A stretch of 64,000 bases of DNA, from assembly GCA_964358315.1 (NCBI GenBank), contig CAYHOF010000003.1, forward strand, positions 3,337 to 67,336, written 5' to 3'. Below are positions 26,213-35,900 of this stretch, piece by piece; the first letter of the stretch is position 1; the number at the start of each line of letters is the position of its first letter. The stretch comes from an uncultured Methanosarcinales archaeon. Its GTDB lineage: Archaea > Nanobdellota > Nanobdellia > Woesearchaeales > ARS49. The notes beneath the pieces were generated by a model. The model was not told the origin of the DNA. It worked only from the letters and a program-made list of their open reading frames with translations, and ran no database searches. Made by a program: the position numbers and the translations under genes.

Positions 26213-28567
26213 ATGGTCGAGTTGATCATCACCGAGAAACCCAGTGCCGCCAAGAAGGTCGCGGAGGCGCTGGACAACAGCAAGCCCATCAAGAAAGCGG
26301 AAGGCGGCGTGCCGTACTATCAGGTCACGCACGGCAACCAGGACATCCTTGTCGCGAGCGCGGTGGGCCACCTCTACGGCCTTGCCGAGAAGGAGAAGAA
26401 AGGGTTCCGTTATCCTGTCTTCGATATCGAGTGGGTGCCCACGAGCGAGGTGAGCAAGAGCGCAGCGTTCAGCAAGAAATACCTCGACGTGCTACGCAAG
26501 CTCAGCAAGGTCGCGGACACCATCACTGTCGCGACAGACTACGACGTGGAAGGCGAAGTCATCGGTCTCAACATCGTGCGGTTCGTGTGCAAGCGCAAGG
26601 ACGCGCGCCGCATGAAGTTCAGCACGCTCACGAAGCCCGACCTTGTCAAGGCGTACGAGAACGCGTCGCCCACGCTCGACTGGGGCCAGGCAGAGGCCGG
26701 CGAGACGCGCCATATCCTCGACTATTACTACGGCATCAACCTTTCGCGCGCGCTCACGACAGCCATCAAGACCGCGGGCATGTTCAAGATCCTCAGCACC
26801 GGACGCGTGCAAGGTCCCGCGCTCAAGATCGTGGTCGAGCGCGAGAAGGAGATCCTCGCGTTCGTGCCAGTGCCCTTCTGGCAGATCGAGCTCAAGGCGG
26901 ACGCCAAAGGCGTCGTCTTCAGCGCGCTGCACGTCGAGAACAAGTTCTGGGACAAGCAGAAGGCGCTCGATGTCTTCGGCAAGGTCAAGGGCGCCAAGGA
27001 CGTGCTTGTGCAGGAGATCGAGACGGCGCAGTTCGAACAGCACGCGCCCTTCCCCTTCGACCTCACGACGTTGCAGACCGAGGCGTACCGTTGCTTCGGC
27101 CTCGCGCCAAAGACCACGCTCGAGATCGCGCAGGAACTCTACACGGGCGGGTACCTCTCCTACCCGCGCACGTCGAGCCAGCAGTTGCCGCCTGCGCTAG
27201 GCTTTGCCGGCATCTTCAGACAGCTCGCCAAGCAGAGCGCCTATGCAGAACTCGCAGGCGGGCTCGCGAAGAAAAAAGAACTCGTGCCGTGCAACGGCAA
27301 GAAGACCGACCCAGCACATCCTGCCATCTATCCGACCGGCATCGCGCCGCGCAAGCTCGAGGACCGCACGTTCAAGGTGTATGATCTTGTCGTCAAGCGT
27401 TTCATGGCGACGTTCGGCGAGGACGCGGTGCGCGAGACGCTCACGCTCACGTTGCAGACCGCTGGCGAATTGTTCATCGCCAAGGGCACGACGACAGTCA
27501 AAGCAGGTTGGCACATCTATTATGCGCCCTACATCCCCTTCGAGGAGAGCGAACTGCCCATCCTCGTCAAGGGATCCACGTTGCCTGTCGTCGAAGTGCT
27601 CTTGCACGACAAGATGACGCAGCCGCCGCGGCGCTACACGGAAGCCAGCATCATCAAAGAGCTCGAGAAGCGGGAGCTCGGCACGAAGGCCACACGCGCC
27701 TCCATCGTCGACACGCTCTACCAGCGCAACTACATCAAAAGCAAGGCGATCGAGGCCACAGAGCTCGGCATGCACATGGTGGCCGTGCTCGAGAAGTACG
27801 CGCCGCGCATCGTGGACGAGGAACTCACGCGCGGGTTCGAGCAGAGCATGGAGAAGATCCGCGAGCACACCATGAAAGGCGACAAGATCCTCGCCGAGGC
27901 CAAGCAGATCCTCACCGAACTGCTCGCCGATTTCAAGACCAAGGAAGTGGAGGTCGGGGCGGGCCTGCGCTCGACGTTCCAGGAGACGCAGACCACGCTC
28001 ACGCGCGTTGGCAAATGCCCGCACTGCGCAGAGGGACACCTCGTGCTGCGCAAGGGCAAGTTCGGCAGGTTCATCGCGTGCGACAAATATCCTGACTGCA
28101 ACACGACGTACAAGCTGCCTGCGATGGGCCTGGTTGAAGTCACCACCCAGGTCTGCGAGCACTGTACGCAGCCGGTCGTGCGCATCATCCGCAAAGGCAA
28201 GCGCCCGCAGGAGGTCTGCATCAATCCATTATGCCCCTCCAAAGAAGGCGGTGCCGCCGACTTCAAGGAGCACCCGTGCACCAAGTGTGGCGAGGGCACC
28301 GTGATCCTGCGACGTTCGATCTACGGCGCGTTCGGCGCGTGCAACAAGTTCCCGAAGTGCAGGTATCTGGAACGCATCGGCGGCAAGTATCCTTCGAAGC
28401 AGCCAGCCGCCACGTCAGCACAACTGCCCTCAACACCTGTCTCTGCCGCTCCTGCCCAACCCGCGCCTCTCGCGCCCGTCGCCCCGACGGCCGCCGCACG
28501 CAAACCCGCGGCCGCCAAGAAGCCGCGCAAGGCGCCTGCGAAGAAGAAGTCCAAGACGCCGCAGTGA
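26213..28567 (+). CDS. topA: DNA topoisomerase, type IA
   Basis: Toprim ELIITEKPSAA and TDYDVEGE, active-site Tyr region GGYLSYPRTSS, and C-terminal Zn-ribbon repeats (CPHC...CDKYPDC, CEHC, CTKC...CNKFPKC). There is a basic Ala/Pro/Lys tail. Confidence 0.9.
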   Translation: MVELIITEKPSAAKKVAEALDNSKPIKKAEGGVPYYQVTHGNQDILVASAVGHLYGLAEKEKKGFRYPVFDIEWVPTSEVSKSAAFSKKYLDVLRKLSKVADTITVATDYDVEGEVIGLNIVRFVCKRKDARRMKFSTLTKPDLVKAYENASPTLDWGQAEAGETRHILDYYYGINLSRALTTAIKTAGMFKILSTGRVQGPALKIVVEREKEILAFVPVPFWQIELKADAKGVVFSALHVENKFWDKQKALDVFGKVKGAKDVLVQEIETAQFEQHAPFPFDLTTLQTEAYRCFGLAPKTTLEIAQELYTGGYLSYPRTSSQQLPPALGFAGIFRQLAKQSAYAELAGGLAKKKELVPCNGKKTDPAHPAIYPTGIAPRKLEDRTFKVYDLVVKRFMATFGEDAVRETLTLTLQTAGELFIAKGTTTVKAGWHIYYAPYIPFEESELPILVKGSTLPVVEVLLHDKMTQPPRRYTEASIIKELEKRELGTKATRASIVDTLYQRNYIKSKAIEATELGMHMVAVLEKYAPRIVDEELTRGFEQSMEKIREHTMKGDKILAEAKQILTELLADFKTKEVEVGAGLRSTFQETQTTLTRVGKCPHCAEGHLVLRKGKFGRFIACDKYPDCNTTYKLPAMGLVEVTTQVCEHCTQPVVRIIRKGKRPQEVCINPLCPSKEGGAADFKEHPCTKCGEGTVILRRSIYGAFGACNKFPKCRYLERIGGKYPSKQPAATSAQLPSTPVSAAPAQPAPLAPVAPTAAARKPAAAKKPRKAPAKKKSKTPQ

Positions 28568-28717
28568 CTGTTTTCGTCACCACATTATTACTACTGCGGA
28601 GTGCTTACTGGTTCGAAAGCTTTATATATAACCCAATACTATCCAGAAGTAACAACACATAATCACCTCTTTTTCCCGCGCCGGCGCTTCGCAAGGAGTG
28701 CCGGCACGGGTTTATCA

Positions 28718-30499
28718 TCACGTCCTTGTCTTCGCGCTGCGCGACTTCCGACGTCCACCCTTCTGGACCCTCATCAGCACAAGCATGACCGCCATGCCCA
28801 GCACTGCAGAACCGAGCGAGAGGAGCAGCAGCGTGCCGACGCTCACCTCTTTGAGTTCGGAGAACGGCGCATACCAGGGCCGTGGCTTCTCGAAATAGAT
28901 GTCGAGGTTGGAGAGCTCGATGGCGTACTCGGCGAAGAGCAACGCGCTGTACTCATCTTCGTCCTTGAGATCGTTCGCGTACTGGTAATAATTGTAGCCC
29001 ACGAGCGGGAACGCGCCATGGCGCTGCGCCTGCGCAAGCACCCGCTGCGCTACCGAGAGCTTAAGCGCGAGCAGGTCCTTGACCTGGTCGGGCTCAAAGC
29101 CCGTGACGCTCAGCACGACATCCGCTTCCGCCTTTGCCTTGCTCGCCATGCCCAGACATAGTGCATAGCTCACGTTCTGCGCGTCCTGGTGCGCACGATC
29201 GAGCGTCCTGCGCGTCTCTTCCAGCGCGTCAGGGAAGAACGTACGCACGTAGCTGAAGCGCTCCTCCGCTTCCGAGAGCTTGCTCAGGCATGACTCGCGC
29301 AGCGTGTCCTGATTGATGATGATGGCCTCTCCTGGCAGGCCGAAGAACGCGGACCAGCTCTTCGCGCTCGCGACGCGCTCCTCCGCGAAGGAGACGATGC
29401 CTTGCGCCTCATCAAGATCGTCAGTGATTGCGTCGCTTGCGTCGACCAGCATGTCCGCGGCCTCAAGGATGCGCTCTTCCACACTCATGAATGTCTGCAG
29501 GTCGGTGAGGGTGCGCAATTCTCTTGATTCTGTCTCGTTCTGGAGCTTTGCGATGGTGAAGAACGCGTTGCGGATGCGGTCCGCGACCTTCTTGCGTGAT
29601 TCGTTGTAATGGACCGTGCCGAGCCGGTTCAGGTTGATGTTCGCCCGAAAGCAGTACGATGCCGCGCTGTAGTACGCCTCGTTCTTTGACAGCTGACTGG
29701 CGCGCGCCGTGTTGTTGCGCGCCGCATCTGCCAGCTCCCGCGTGATCGCGTTCTCGTCCTCGAAGGCCGTCGTGGCGTTGCGCAACGCGTGCGTGCGCTT
29801 GCACATGAGCTGCATCACGGCGCGCATGCGGTTCTGGTATGCTTCGTCGATGACGAACGGCGGCAATGGTCGCGACACGTTCACGCCAGTGAACGCGTAA
29901 AGAGCCTCGTCGAGCGTGGCGACCTCCTTGACGCTGACGTTGTTCATGCGTCCCCATTCCTGCAAGTCGAGCGACACGTTGCTCTTGCCAAAAACGCGCG
30001 TGCCCTTGGGCACGAGCACTGTCGTGATGCCTTGTTCGTGCGCCGCCTCGATCTTCTCCTTCACGCCACCCACAGGGCCGATGACGCCGCCCGAATTGAT
30101 CGTGCCCGTGATCGCGATGTCGTCGCGCACAGGAATGCCCTTGAGCAGCGACGCGCTCAGGACCGCTGCCGCCGCGCCCGCGCTCGGACCGCCCACGAGC
30201 CCTGGCTGCGCCACGATGGTGTAGACGAAGTCCTTGTCGCCGCACTCGACATCATATTCCTTGCACGCGATCTGTTGCGCGAAACGCATGCTGATCTGGG
30301 TGGCGACGCGCGTCAACGGGATGGTCTCGAGAAAGACGCGCTCGGTGCCCGGGCGCAGTTCGAGCGAGAGGCTCGCGACCGTGCCCGACGTGCTCCCATC
30401 AGGGTTCTCTGACAAGGCAAGGAGCTTGATGGTGCCGGACTGTGCAAGAGCGACCGGACAAAGAACCAGCAAGAACAAACAGACCAACACCCATCTCAT
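28718..30499 (-). CDS. secreted, C-terminally membrane-anchored protein with N-terminal Lon (S16) protease domain and no ATPase domain
   Basis: Signal peptide MRWVLVCLFLLVLCPVALA. The Lon proteolytic core has GLVGGPSAGAAAAV (catalytic Ser) and INSGGVIGPVGGVKEKIEAA (catalytic Lys). It continues with an about 350-aa helical region and a terminal TM helix plus basic tail. Confidence 0.75.
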   Translation of the reverse strand: MRWVLVCLFLLVLCPVALAQSGTIKLLALSENPDGSTSGTVASLSLELRPGTERVFLETIPLTRVATQISMRFAQQIACKEYDVECGDKDFVYTIVAQPGLVGGPSAGAAAAVLSASLLKGIPVRDDIAITGTINSGGVIGPVGGVKEKIEAAHEQGITTVLVPKGTRVFGKSNVSLDLQEWGRMNNVSVKEVATLDEALYAFTGVNVSRPLPPFVIDEAYQNRMRAVMQLMCKRTHALRNATTAFEDENAITRELADAARNNTARASQLSKNEAYYSAASYCFRANINLNRLGTVHYNESRKKVADRIRNAFFTIAKLQNETESRELRTLTDLQTFMSVEERILEAADMLVDASDAITDDLDEAQGIVSFAEERVASAKSWSAFFGLPGEAIIINQDTLRESCLSKLSEAEERFSYVRTFFPDALEETRRTLDRAHQDAQNVSYALCLGMASKAKAEADVVLSVTGFEPDQVKDLLALKLSVAQRVLAQAQRHGAFPLVGYNYYQYANDLKDEDEYSALLFAEYAIELSNLDIYFEKPRPWYAPFSELKEVSVGTLLLLSLGSAVLGMAVMLVLMRVQKGGRRKSRSAKTRT

Positions 30500-30521
30500 G
30501 CGTCGCTCACGCTGCGCCCGT

Positions 30522-30530
30522 CTATATAAG
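30522..30530 (-). promoter_or_regulatory. TATA box for the Lon-domain protein gene (leaderless spacing)
   Basis: CTTATATAG on the minus strand is centred 27 nt upstream of the ATG at 30499. Confidence 0.5.
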
Positions 30531-30687
30531 AATTATGTTCGGTGAATGCACAATTACTGTTGGAGCAACAATCCTATCTTCGCGACAAAATTTTGTGCGT
30601 TGTTGTAGATTTCTTCGAGCCGTTTCTCCGGCACAAGGCACGCGAGAAACCATTCTCAGGCCGATATACTAATTATGAATGAGAATA

Positions 30688-30695
30688 TTTATATA
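30688..30695 (+). promoter_or_regulatory. TATA box for the AAA ATPase gene, embedded in ACTAAT/ATTAGT repeats
   Basis: TTTATATA is centred 27 nt upstream of the ATG at 30718. ACTAAT (30668, 30701) and its complement ATTAGT (30695, 30712) occur four times around it, including the palindrome TTAGTACTAA at 30696-30705. Confidence 0.5.
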
Positions 30696-30717
30696 TTAGT
30701 ACTAATCACCAATTAGT

Positions 30718-31974
30718 ATGATATCAAAGGAGATATTACGACAAGTGGTGTCAAAGCAGAAAAAAGAATTGTCGTCAGGTCAGGACAGCGTACGCAGAGA
30801 GTTGCTCGATACCATACTGCGATGGTTTGATGATAATCGGGTGTTGATCCTGACAGGGATACGACGATGCGGCAAATCGACTCTTCTGAGACAGATCATG
30901 GACAACACGTCCGCGTGGTGTTATGTGAACTTTGAAGATGAACGACTGCTGGACTTTCAGGCACAAGATTTCGAGATGTTGAATGAAACCCTCGTCGAAC
31001 TGTATGGTCCCGTAAAGACATACTTCTTCGACGAAATACAAAATGTCGAGAAATTCGAGACGTTTGTGCGAAGATTACAAGATGAAAAGAAAAAAGTGGT
31101 GATAACAGGATCCAATGCATCGTTGCTGAGCAGGGAATTCGGGACGAAACTGACGGGAAGATACAAATCGTTCGAAGTGTATCCCTTCTCATTCAAAGAA
31201 TTCTTGCACTTCAAGAATATCGCTGTCGAGAAGAATGACTTTTACAGTGTCGAGAAGAAAGTGAACATCCTCAAACTCTTCGAAGAATATCTCACCGCAG
31301 GAGGACTTCCCGAATATCTCAAGAACCAAGACAAAGACTATGTGCGGACGGTCTACGAAAACATCCTCTACAAGGATATTGTGACAAGGTACTCGATAAA
31401 ACGGGAGAAGATCATCAAAGAACTCGTGAACATACTCGCGACAAACGCCACGCTCCAATTCACCTACAATTCACTCAAGAAGGCCGTGGGTCTTTCGAAT
31501 GCCATAACCGTGAAGGAATACATCGCATATCTGAGCAATTCATATCTTTTTTTCGAACTGCTGAGATTCTCGCATTCGATCAAACAACAGCTCGGGTCTC
31601 CGAGAAAGATATACCTGATAGATGCCGCATTCAACCAAGTGTGCGGTCTGAATTTCACGCCGAACAAAGGCAGGAACCTGGAGAACGCCGTGTTCATAGA
31701 ACTGAAGAGGAGAGGGCACGAACCATACTACTATTCAGATGAAGGCGAATGTGATTTTGTACTGCGAGAAGGAACAAAGATAACGATCGCACTGCAAGTA
31801 TGTTATGCTCTTGATGATGCCAACAGAGAACGGGAGATGAAAGGATTGCTGGATGCCATGAAAACGTTCAAACTAACAGAAGGATTGGTGTTGACGTTTG
31901 AACAGACAGAAGAAATCACCATCGAAGGGAAACGGATAAAGATTCTCCCTGCATGCAAATGGATGAGTGAATAG
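30718..31974 (+). CDS. AAA-superfamily ATPase of the AAA_14/DUF4143 (COG1373-like) type
   Basis: Walker A LTGIRRCGKSTLL and Walker B TYFFDEIQ. The C-terminal half has the pattern I associate with DUF4143 (KIYLIDAAF..., GECDFVL). It is markedly AT-rich relative to its neighbours. Confidence 0.8.
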   Translation: MISKEILRQVVSKQKKELSSGQDSVRRELLDTILRWFDDNRVLILTGIRRCGKSTLLRQIMDNTSAWCYVNFEDERLLDFQAQDFEMLNETLVELYGPVKTYFFDEIQNVEKFETFVRRLQDEKKKVVITGSNASLLSREFGTKLTGRYKSFEVYPFSFKEFLHFKNIAVEKNDFYSVEKKVNILKLFEEYLTAGGLPEYLKNQDKDYVRTVYENILYKDIVTRYSIKREKIIKELVNILATNATLQFTYNSLKKAVGLSNAITVKEYIAYLSNSYLFFELLRFSHSIKQQLGSPRKIYLIDAAFNQVCGLNFTPNKGRNLENAVFIELKRRGHEPYYYSDEGECDFVLREGTKITIALQVCYALDDANREREMKGLLDAMKTFKLTEGLVLTFEQTEEITIEGKRIKILPACKWMSE

Positions 31975-32108
31975 GACAGTACATGAACTGTAGCACGTCG
32001 GTAATACAAACGTTGAAGGACGTTCAGCTCGTTTAGGTTGATACAACCAACAGTGTCGATTCCCGGTCTGTTATCCATACATGGATAACATCATTCATTA
32101 TTGACACG

Positions 32109-32236
32109 ACGAAAACGCTCATGCACAAGCCCTGTGCTCGAGCATAGGGTCAAACACGAGCGTTTTCGTGGGCAACGGAGCATCTGCTCCGTGCCCATGC
32201 GACCGTGTCGCATTGGGCCAAGAACCGCGGTTCTTG
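32109..32236. other. cluster of four consecutive stable hairpins in a GC-rich non-coding patch (candidate structured RNA or protein-binding array)
   Basis: (1) A 12-bp stem, 32109-32120 with 32158-32169, enclosing nested small stems. (2) An 11-bp stem with a 4-nt loop, 32170-32196. (3) A 7-bp stem with a 3-nt loop, 32197-32213. (4) A perfect 18-nt palindrome, CAAGAACCGCGGTTCTTG, at 32219-32236. Confidence 0.35.
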
Positions 32237-32279
32237 ACACTCAAGGACGCCACCCAGGACCGCGGCTCGATCCGTAGGC

Positions 32280-32459
32280 CTAGCTCGAAGGTTCGGTAGC
32301 CGGAGCACCGCCTTGCGGCGCACCACCTTGCTGCTGCGCCTGCTTGAGGCACTCGATGCTCACGACGTCCATGGTCTGGTTCTCGAGCTTCAACGACACG
32401 GGCTGGCATGACGCGGCCTGATCCCACGCAACACAATTATTGTCGGATGGATGTGCCAT
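32280..32459 (-). CDS. 59-aa ORF, truncated paralog of 32551-32862 (below the ORF-track size cutoff)
   Basis: My own translation is MAHPSDNNCVAWDQAASCQPVSLKLENQTMDVVSIECLKQAQQQGGAPQGGAPATEPSS. Its C-terminal 45 aa align with the neighbour (CQP..L.L.NQT....SIECLK.AQQQ). It lacks the N-terminal TM helix, so it may be a pseudogene. Confidence 0.4.
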   Translation of the reverse strand: MAHPSDNNCVAWDQAASCQPVSLKLENQTMDVVSIECLKQAQQQGGAPQGGAPATEPSS

Positions 32460-32550
32460 TATGCGTGTTCATAAACCAACGTAAAGGATATTCAGGTTCT
32501 TCTCACGCGACCATACCAACGTGGAAAGTTCAGACGATATTACAACATCC

Positions 32551-32862
32551 TTATTCTGGTTTTGACGGAGGCCCGGGTTCTTCTGACGCCATGAACGGAC
32601 TTGTTTGCCGCTCCTGCTGCTGCGCTTTCTTGAGGCACTCGATGGATATGAGTTCCGTCGTTTGGTTCTGCAGCGTGAGCGTCATAGGCTGACAGGTTGC
32701 TGCCTGCTTCATAATTTCAAAAACGGCCTGCTGGTAACCCGCCTGCCCGCCCTGCTGGTAGACGAGCGTTTTAGATTTCTGGTACTGGTCGATGCCGATG
32801 TAAATCCATGCTCCAAGCACCAGCGCGATAAGCACAATCATGATAATGCGTTCTTTATGCAT
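32551..32862 (-). CDS. small membrane-anchored protein of unknown function
   Basis: I start it at MHKERIIMIVLIALVLGAWIYIG, preceded by AAGGGGTG. It has one TM helix and then a Gln-rich domain with a conserved Cys pair (CQP...IEC). Confidence 0.55.
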   Translation of the reverse strand: MHKERIIMIVLIALVLGAWIYIGIDQYQKSKTLVYQQGGQAGYQQAVFEIMKQAATCQPMTLTLQNQTTELISIECLKKAQQQERQTSPFMASEEPGPPSKPE

Positions 32863-32994
32863 ATTAACACCCCTTACAATCAGGAACAAGAACTCATAAT
32901 TAAAGCTTACGTATTGACGCAGGTCTAATGGTCTCGTACGACGTACGCAATTGATTATCTATCACAGTTGAAACCCGCAGTAGTTCACAAAATC

Positions 32995-35900
32995 TTACTT
33001 GCAACACCACCATACATATGCAGGGTTACGCCAGACATTTTCTTCTTTGGTAGCGACTCCTATGCCGCTTCCGCCCAAGGAGAGACCTCCTGCGAAATTA
33101 CCATTATTGTCTTGGATGCCATCCATATTATGGCATTGTCCCCAGCTCAACGTCGATATACCAGGTCTCATACTAGAACCATCCAATCGGTAGCTGGTGG
33201 TAATCGTTTGCCCCTCGTGCCGCATCAAGCAAACTCCACCTAAGGTAGAACGTGCGAGCGAACGTATCTGCACACTATCCGGATAAACTGGCCCTACAGT
33301 ATAGAGTCCCGTGTTCGTGATGAGACCAAATGCATTGCTACTTGCAAGATAAAAGCCGCTTTGGATGCCGCCAGAATCAAGACCAGGATATAGCGGCCCT
33401 CCAGACTGCAAGTAATTCGTGTTTTGGATGACACCGCTGGGGTACATTATCGCGTACGCGCCACCGCCTTCACATGCTCCTTCACATCCTGCACCTATCC
33501 ACTCCGTCGCGCCAATCGCTCCTACAACATGGAGTTTGTTAGGTGGCGCCCCCGGCGTCCCGATGCCAACGTTGCCTGCGATGATCGCTCCTCCTGCTGG
33601 AGGGGTCGCTCCACCATACCCCGCAGTCAGTCCACCATTGGTGCCCAACACGGCATCAACCCAGACGTTCTTACTATTGTATGCGCGTATCCATGTTGCG
33701 TCGGACATGTACCAGCCGCCTTGGTATGTCTCAGAATACCATCCCGTATTGCCGCTCGTCCTCAGCCAGCCACCGTTCGCGTAGATATCGCCCCCAACGG
33801 TCAATTTGTATCCTGTCGGCGCCCCCCCGATGCCGACGTTGCCGCCAGACTCAGTGATGACGGAATTGCCAAGCGTGGTAGCACTCGTCCATTTCGGCAA
33901 AGTATTAGCAACTCCTCCGCTCAATGATGTAGGCCAGCTGCTAATGCACGCGCCGTTAAGGCAGAGATTGACATTGCCGCCGGCGCCACCCGCATCACGG
34001 TAGTTTGAATCGATATAGACTGCACTGTCACCGGGCGGAGAGATGTGGATATTGTTGCTTGCAGACCATACCCTGCCGTCAATAACGGATGTTCCCCAGC
34101 CGCGTTCACCTGCTCCGTCATTGGACAAAACAAGACTTCCGCGTACTTTCACGTCGCCCGCACTGTTAATGGTCAAGCGTTCGTAGTTGCCACCCGTGTA
34201 GAAATGCATCGTGTTATCGCCATTGCTGTACAATATCCTTCCTCGGAAGTCCTTTTGCGCAGGATCGGAATTAGATGGGTAACTGAAATCAATGTAGCCT
34301 CCACTGGTGTGGGACATCTCAATACCTGACCACAGGCCCGCAAGGTCAACGCCCATAGCAATGCCGTTAGGCGCACCATTACCATCAAGACCCGCACCTG
34401 GCCCTTTTGATCCTACAACAGACAAGGCGCCGATGGGCGCCGTCGTCCCGATGCCGACGTTGCCGCCAGTGAAATATGAGTTTCCTGCCTGGGTTGATTG
34501 TACAAGACCTTTCCAGTTGCCACCCATGTCCCACAATGTCTTGCCACCGGCAACGTTCCAGGTGGCAGAACGATCACTACTCGCATACCAAAGGGTTCCT
34601 ACTCCTGGATCCATCGCAAAGACCTCACTATTGTCGTCGTTTGACTGGTGAATCCATGCATTGTTCTTGTAGTACGTGCCGCTGCTGATGTACACCTCAC
34701 TCGCCCACGGCATGAATCCGAGTGCCGGTCTGTCGGCCGCTCTCGTTAATAGTAATGCGCCGTTTCCTGTGTTTTGCGTGTCAACATGTAAGTAACTATT
34801 CGGACTCGCCGTCCCGATGCCGACCTTGCCGGTGAAGATGCCGTTGGCGGTCTTGAGCGTTGCGATGTCTTGGTTGTCCCAGTTGTTCAATGTCAGCGTT
34901 GAACCAGATGCCTTGAGTTTCAACGCAGAACCTGCTGACATGATCGAGATGCTGCTGTCATGTCGGTTGGGAGAAACATCAGTGCCTACAACGAGGTCGG
35001 CGTCATCCCAACGCGTGCCGGGATTGTTGCCGTTGAGCACGATCTGTGTTGGGACGATGACGGAAGCGCCGTTGTCCGTTATGCTCGAGTCACCGACATG
35101 CGTGCCGTCTGGCGTGAACTTGGCGACGCGGTTCAGCGTTCCCGGACCGACTTGTCCTGCGAGGACGCAAACAGGCGCGCCGGATGCTGCCACGCCGCTC
35201 ATGACCTGTCCTGAGGGGCAGTCTGGCGTGATGCGCAGCTGCACTTGTGAGCTATCAACATCCGCGGCCTTGATGCTGCCGTCAAGTATCGTACGACTAT
35301 CAACCGCACCATCCGCAATGTCCACGTTAGCAATAGAACGATCAAGGATCGTACGACTGTCAACCGCACCGCCAACAATCTTCGAGTTCGTGATCGCGCC
35401 GTCTGCGATGTCAGCAGTCGCTATCGAACCATCAAGAATTGTCCTGCTATCGACCGCGCCGTCGCCGATCTTCGTGTTGGTGACTGCACCGTCAGCGATC
35501 TTCTGCGTCGTGACCGCACCATCAGCGACCTTATCAGTCGTCACGGCACCGGGTTGGATGTTGGTGGTGCCCACTGAGTCAGTGCCGAGGCTTCCGGACG
35601 TGATTGCGCCTAGCGCGAGGTCGCCTGCCTGGATCGAGCCGTCCTGGATGTTGTCGCTCGTGATCGTGCCTGGCGCTATCTCGTTGCCGTTGACGAGCCC
35701 GTCACCGTTAGTATCAGGCATCACGGGGGTCGCAGTGCACGTTGGACCAGTGCTCGTGAACCCTGTGGGAACAGTGCCTCCAGGGCAGGACCCGACTTTC
35801 GCAGCGCCCAGGTTGGTGAGCGTGGCATCAGGATCGAGGGTGAACAAAGCACCTGTGTCAGTGACTCTGAATGATGGAGAACCTGTTGGATCAGCGGGAT

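Noticed and set aside
26143-27384. A 413-aa alternative-frame ORF overlapping the 5' half of topA.
   Set aside because: It is an Arg/Gly/Gln/His-rich out-of-frame translation. The topA frame carries Toprim and active-site motifs.
28619-28634. An orphan TATA-like box (TTTATATATA) between the convergent topA and Lon-domain genes.
   Set aside because: No ORF or convincing structured RNA lies downstream in either direction. It would only drive short antisense transcripts. It is probably just AT-rich spacer.
32109-32290. A tRNA or tRNA fragment as an integration target at the island boundary.
   Set aside because: I could not build a cloverleaf. There is no GTTCRANNC T-loop, no D-loop consensus, and the stems are far longer than tRNA arms.
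32296-32710. The similar about 95-nt segments (32316-32410 and 32611-32705) as a DGR template/variable repeat pair targeting a surface protein.
   Set aside because: The mismatches are spread over all four bases rather than being adenine-specific. Both copies are in-frame coding paralogs. No reverse transcriptase (YxDD) ORF exists in the window.
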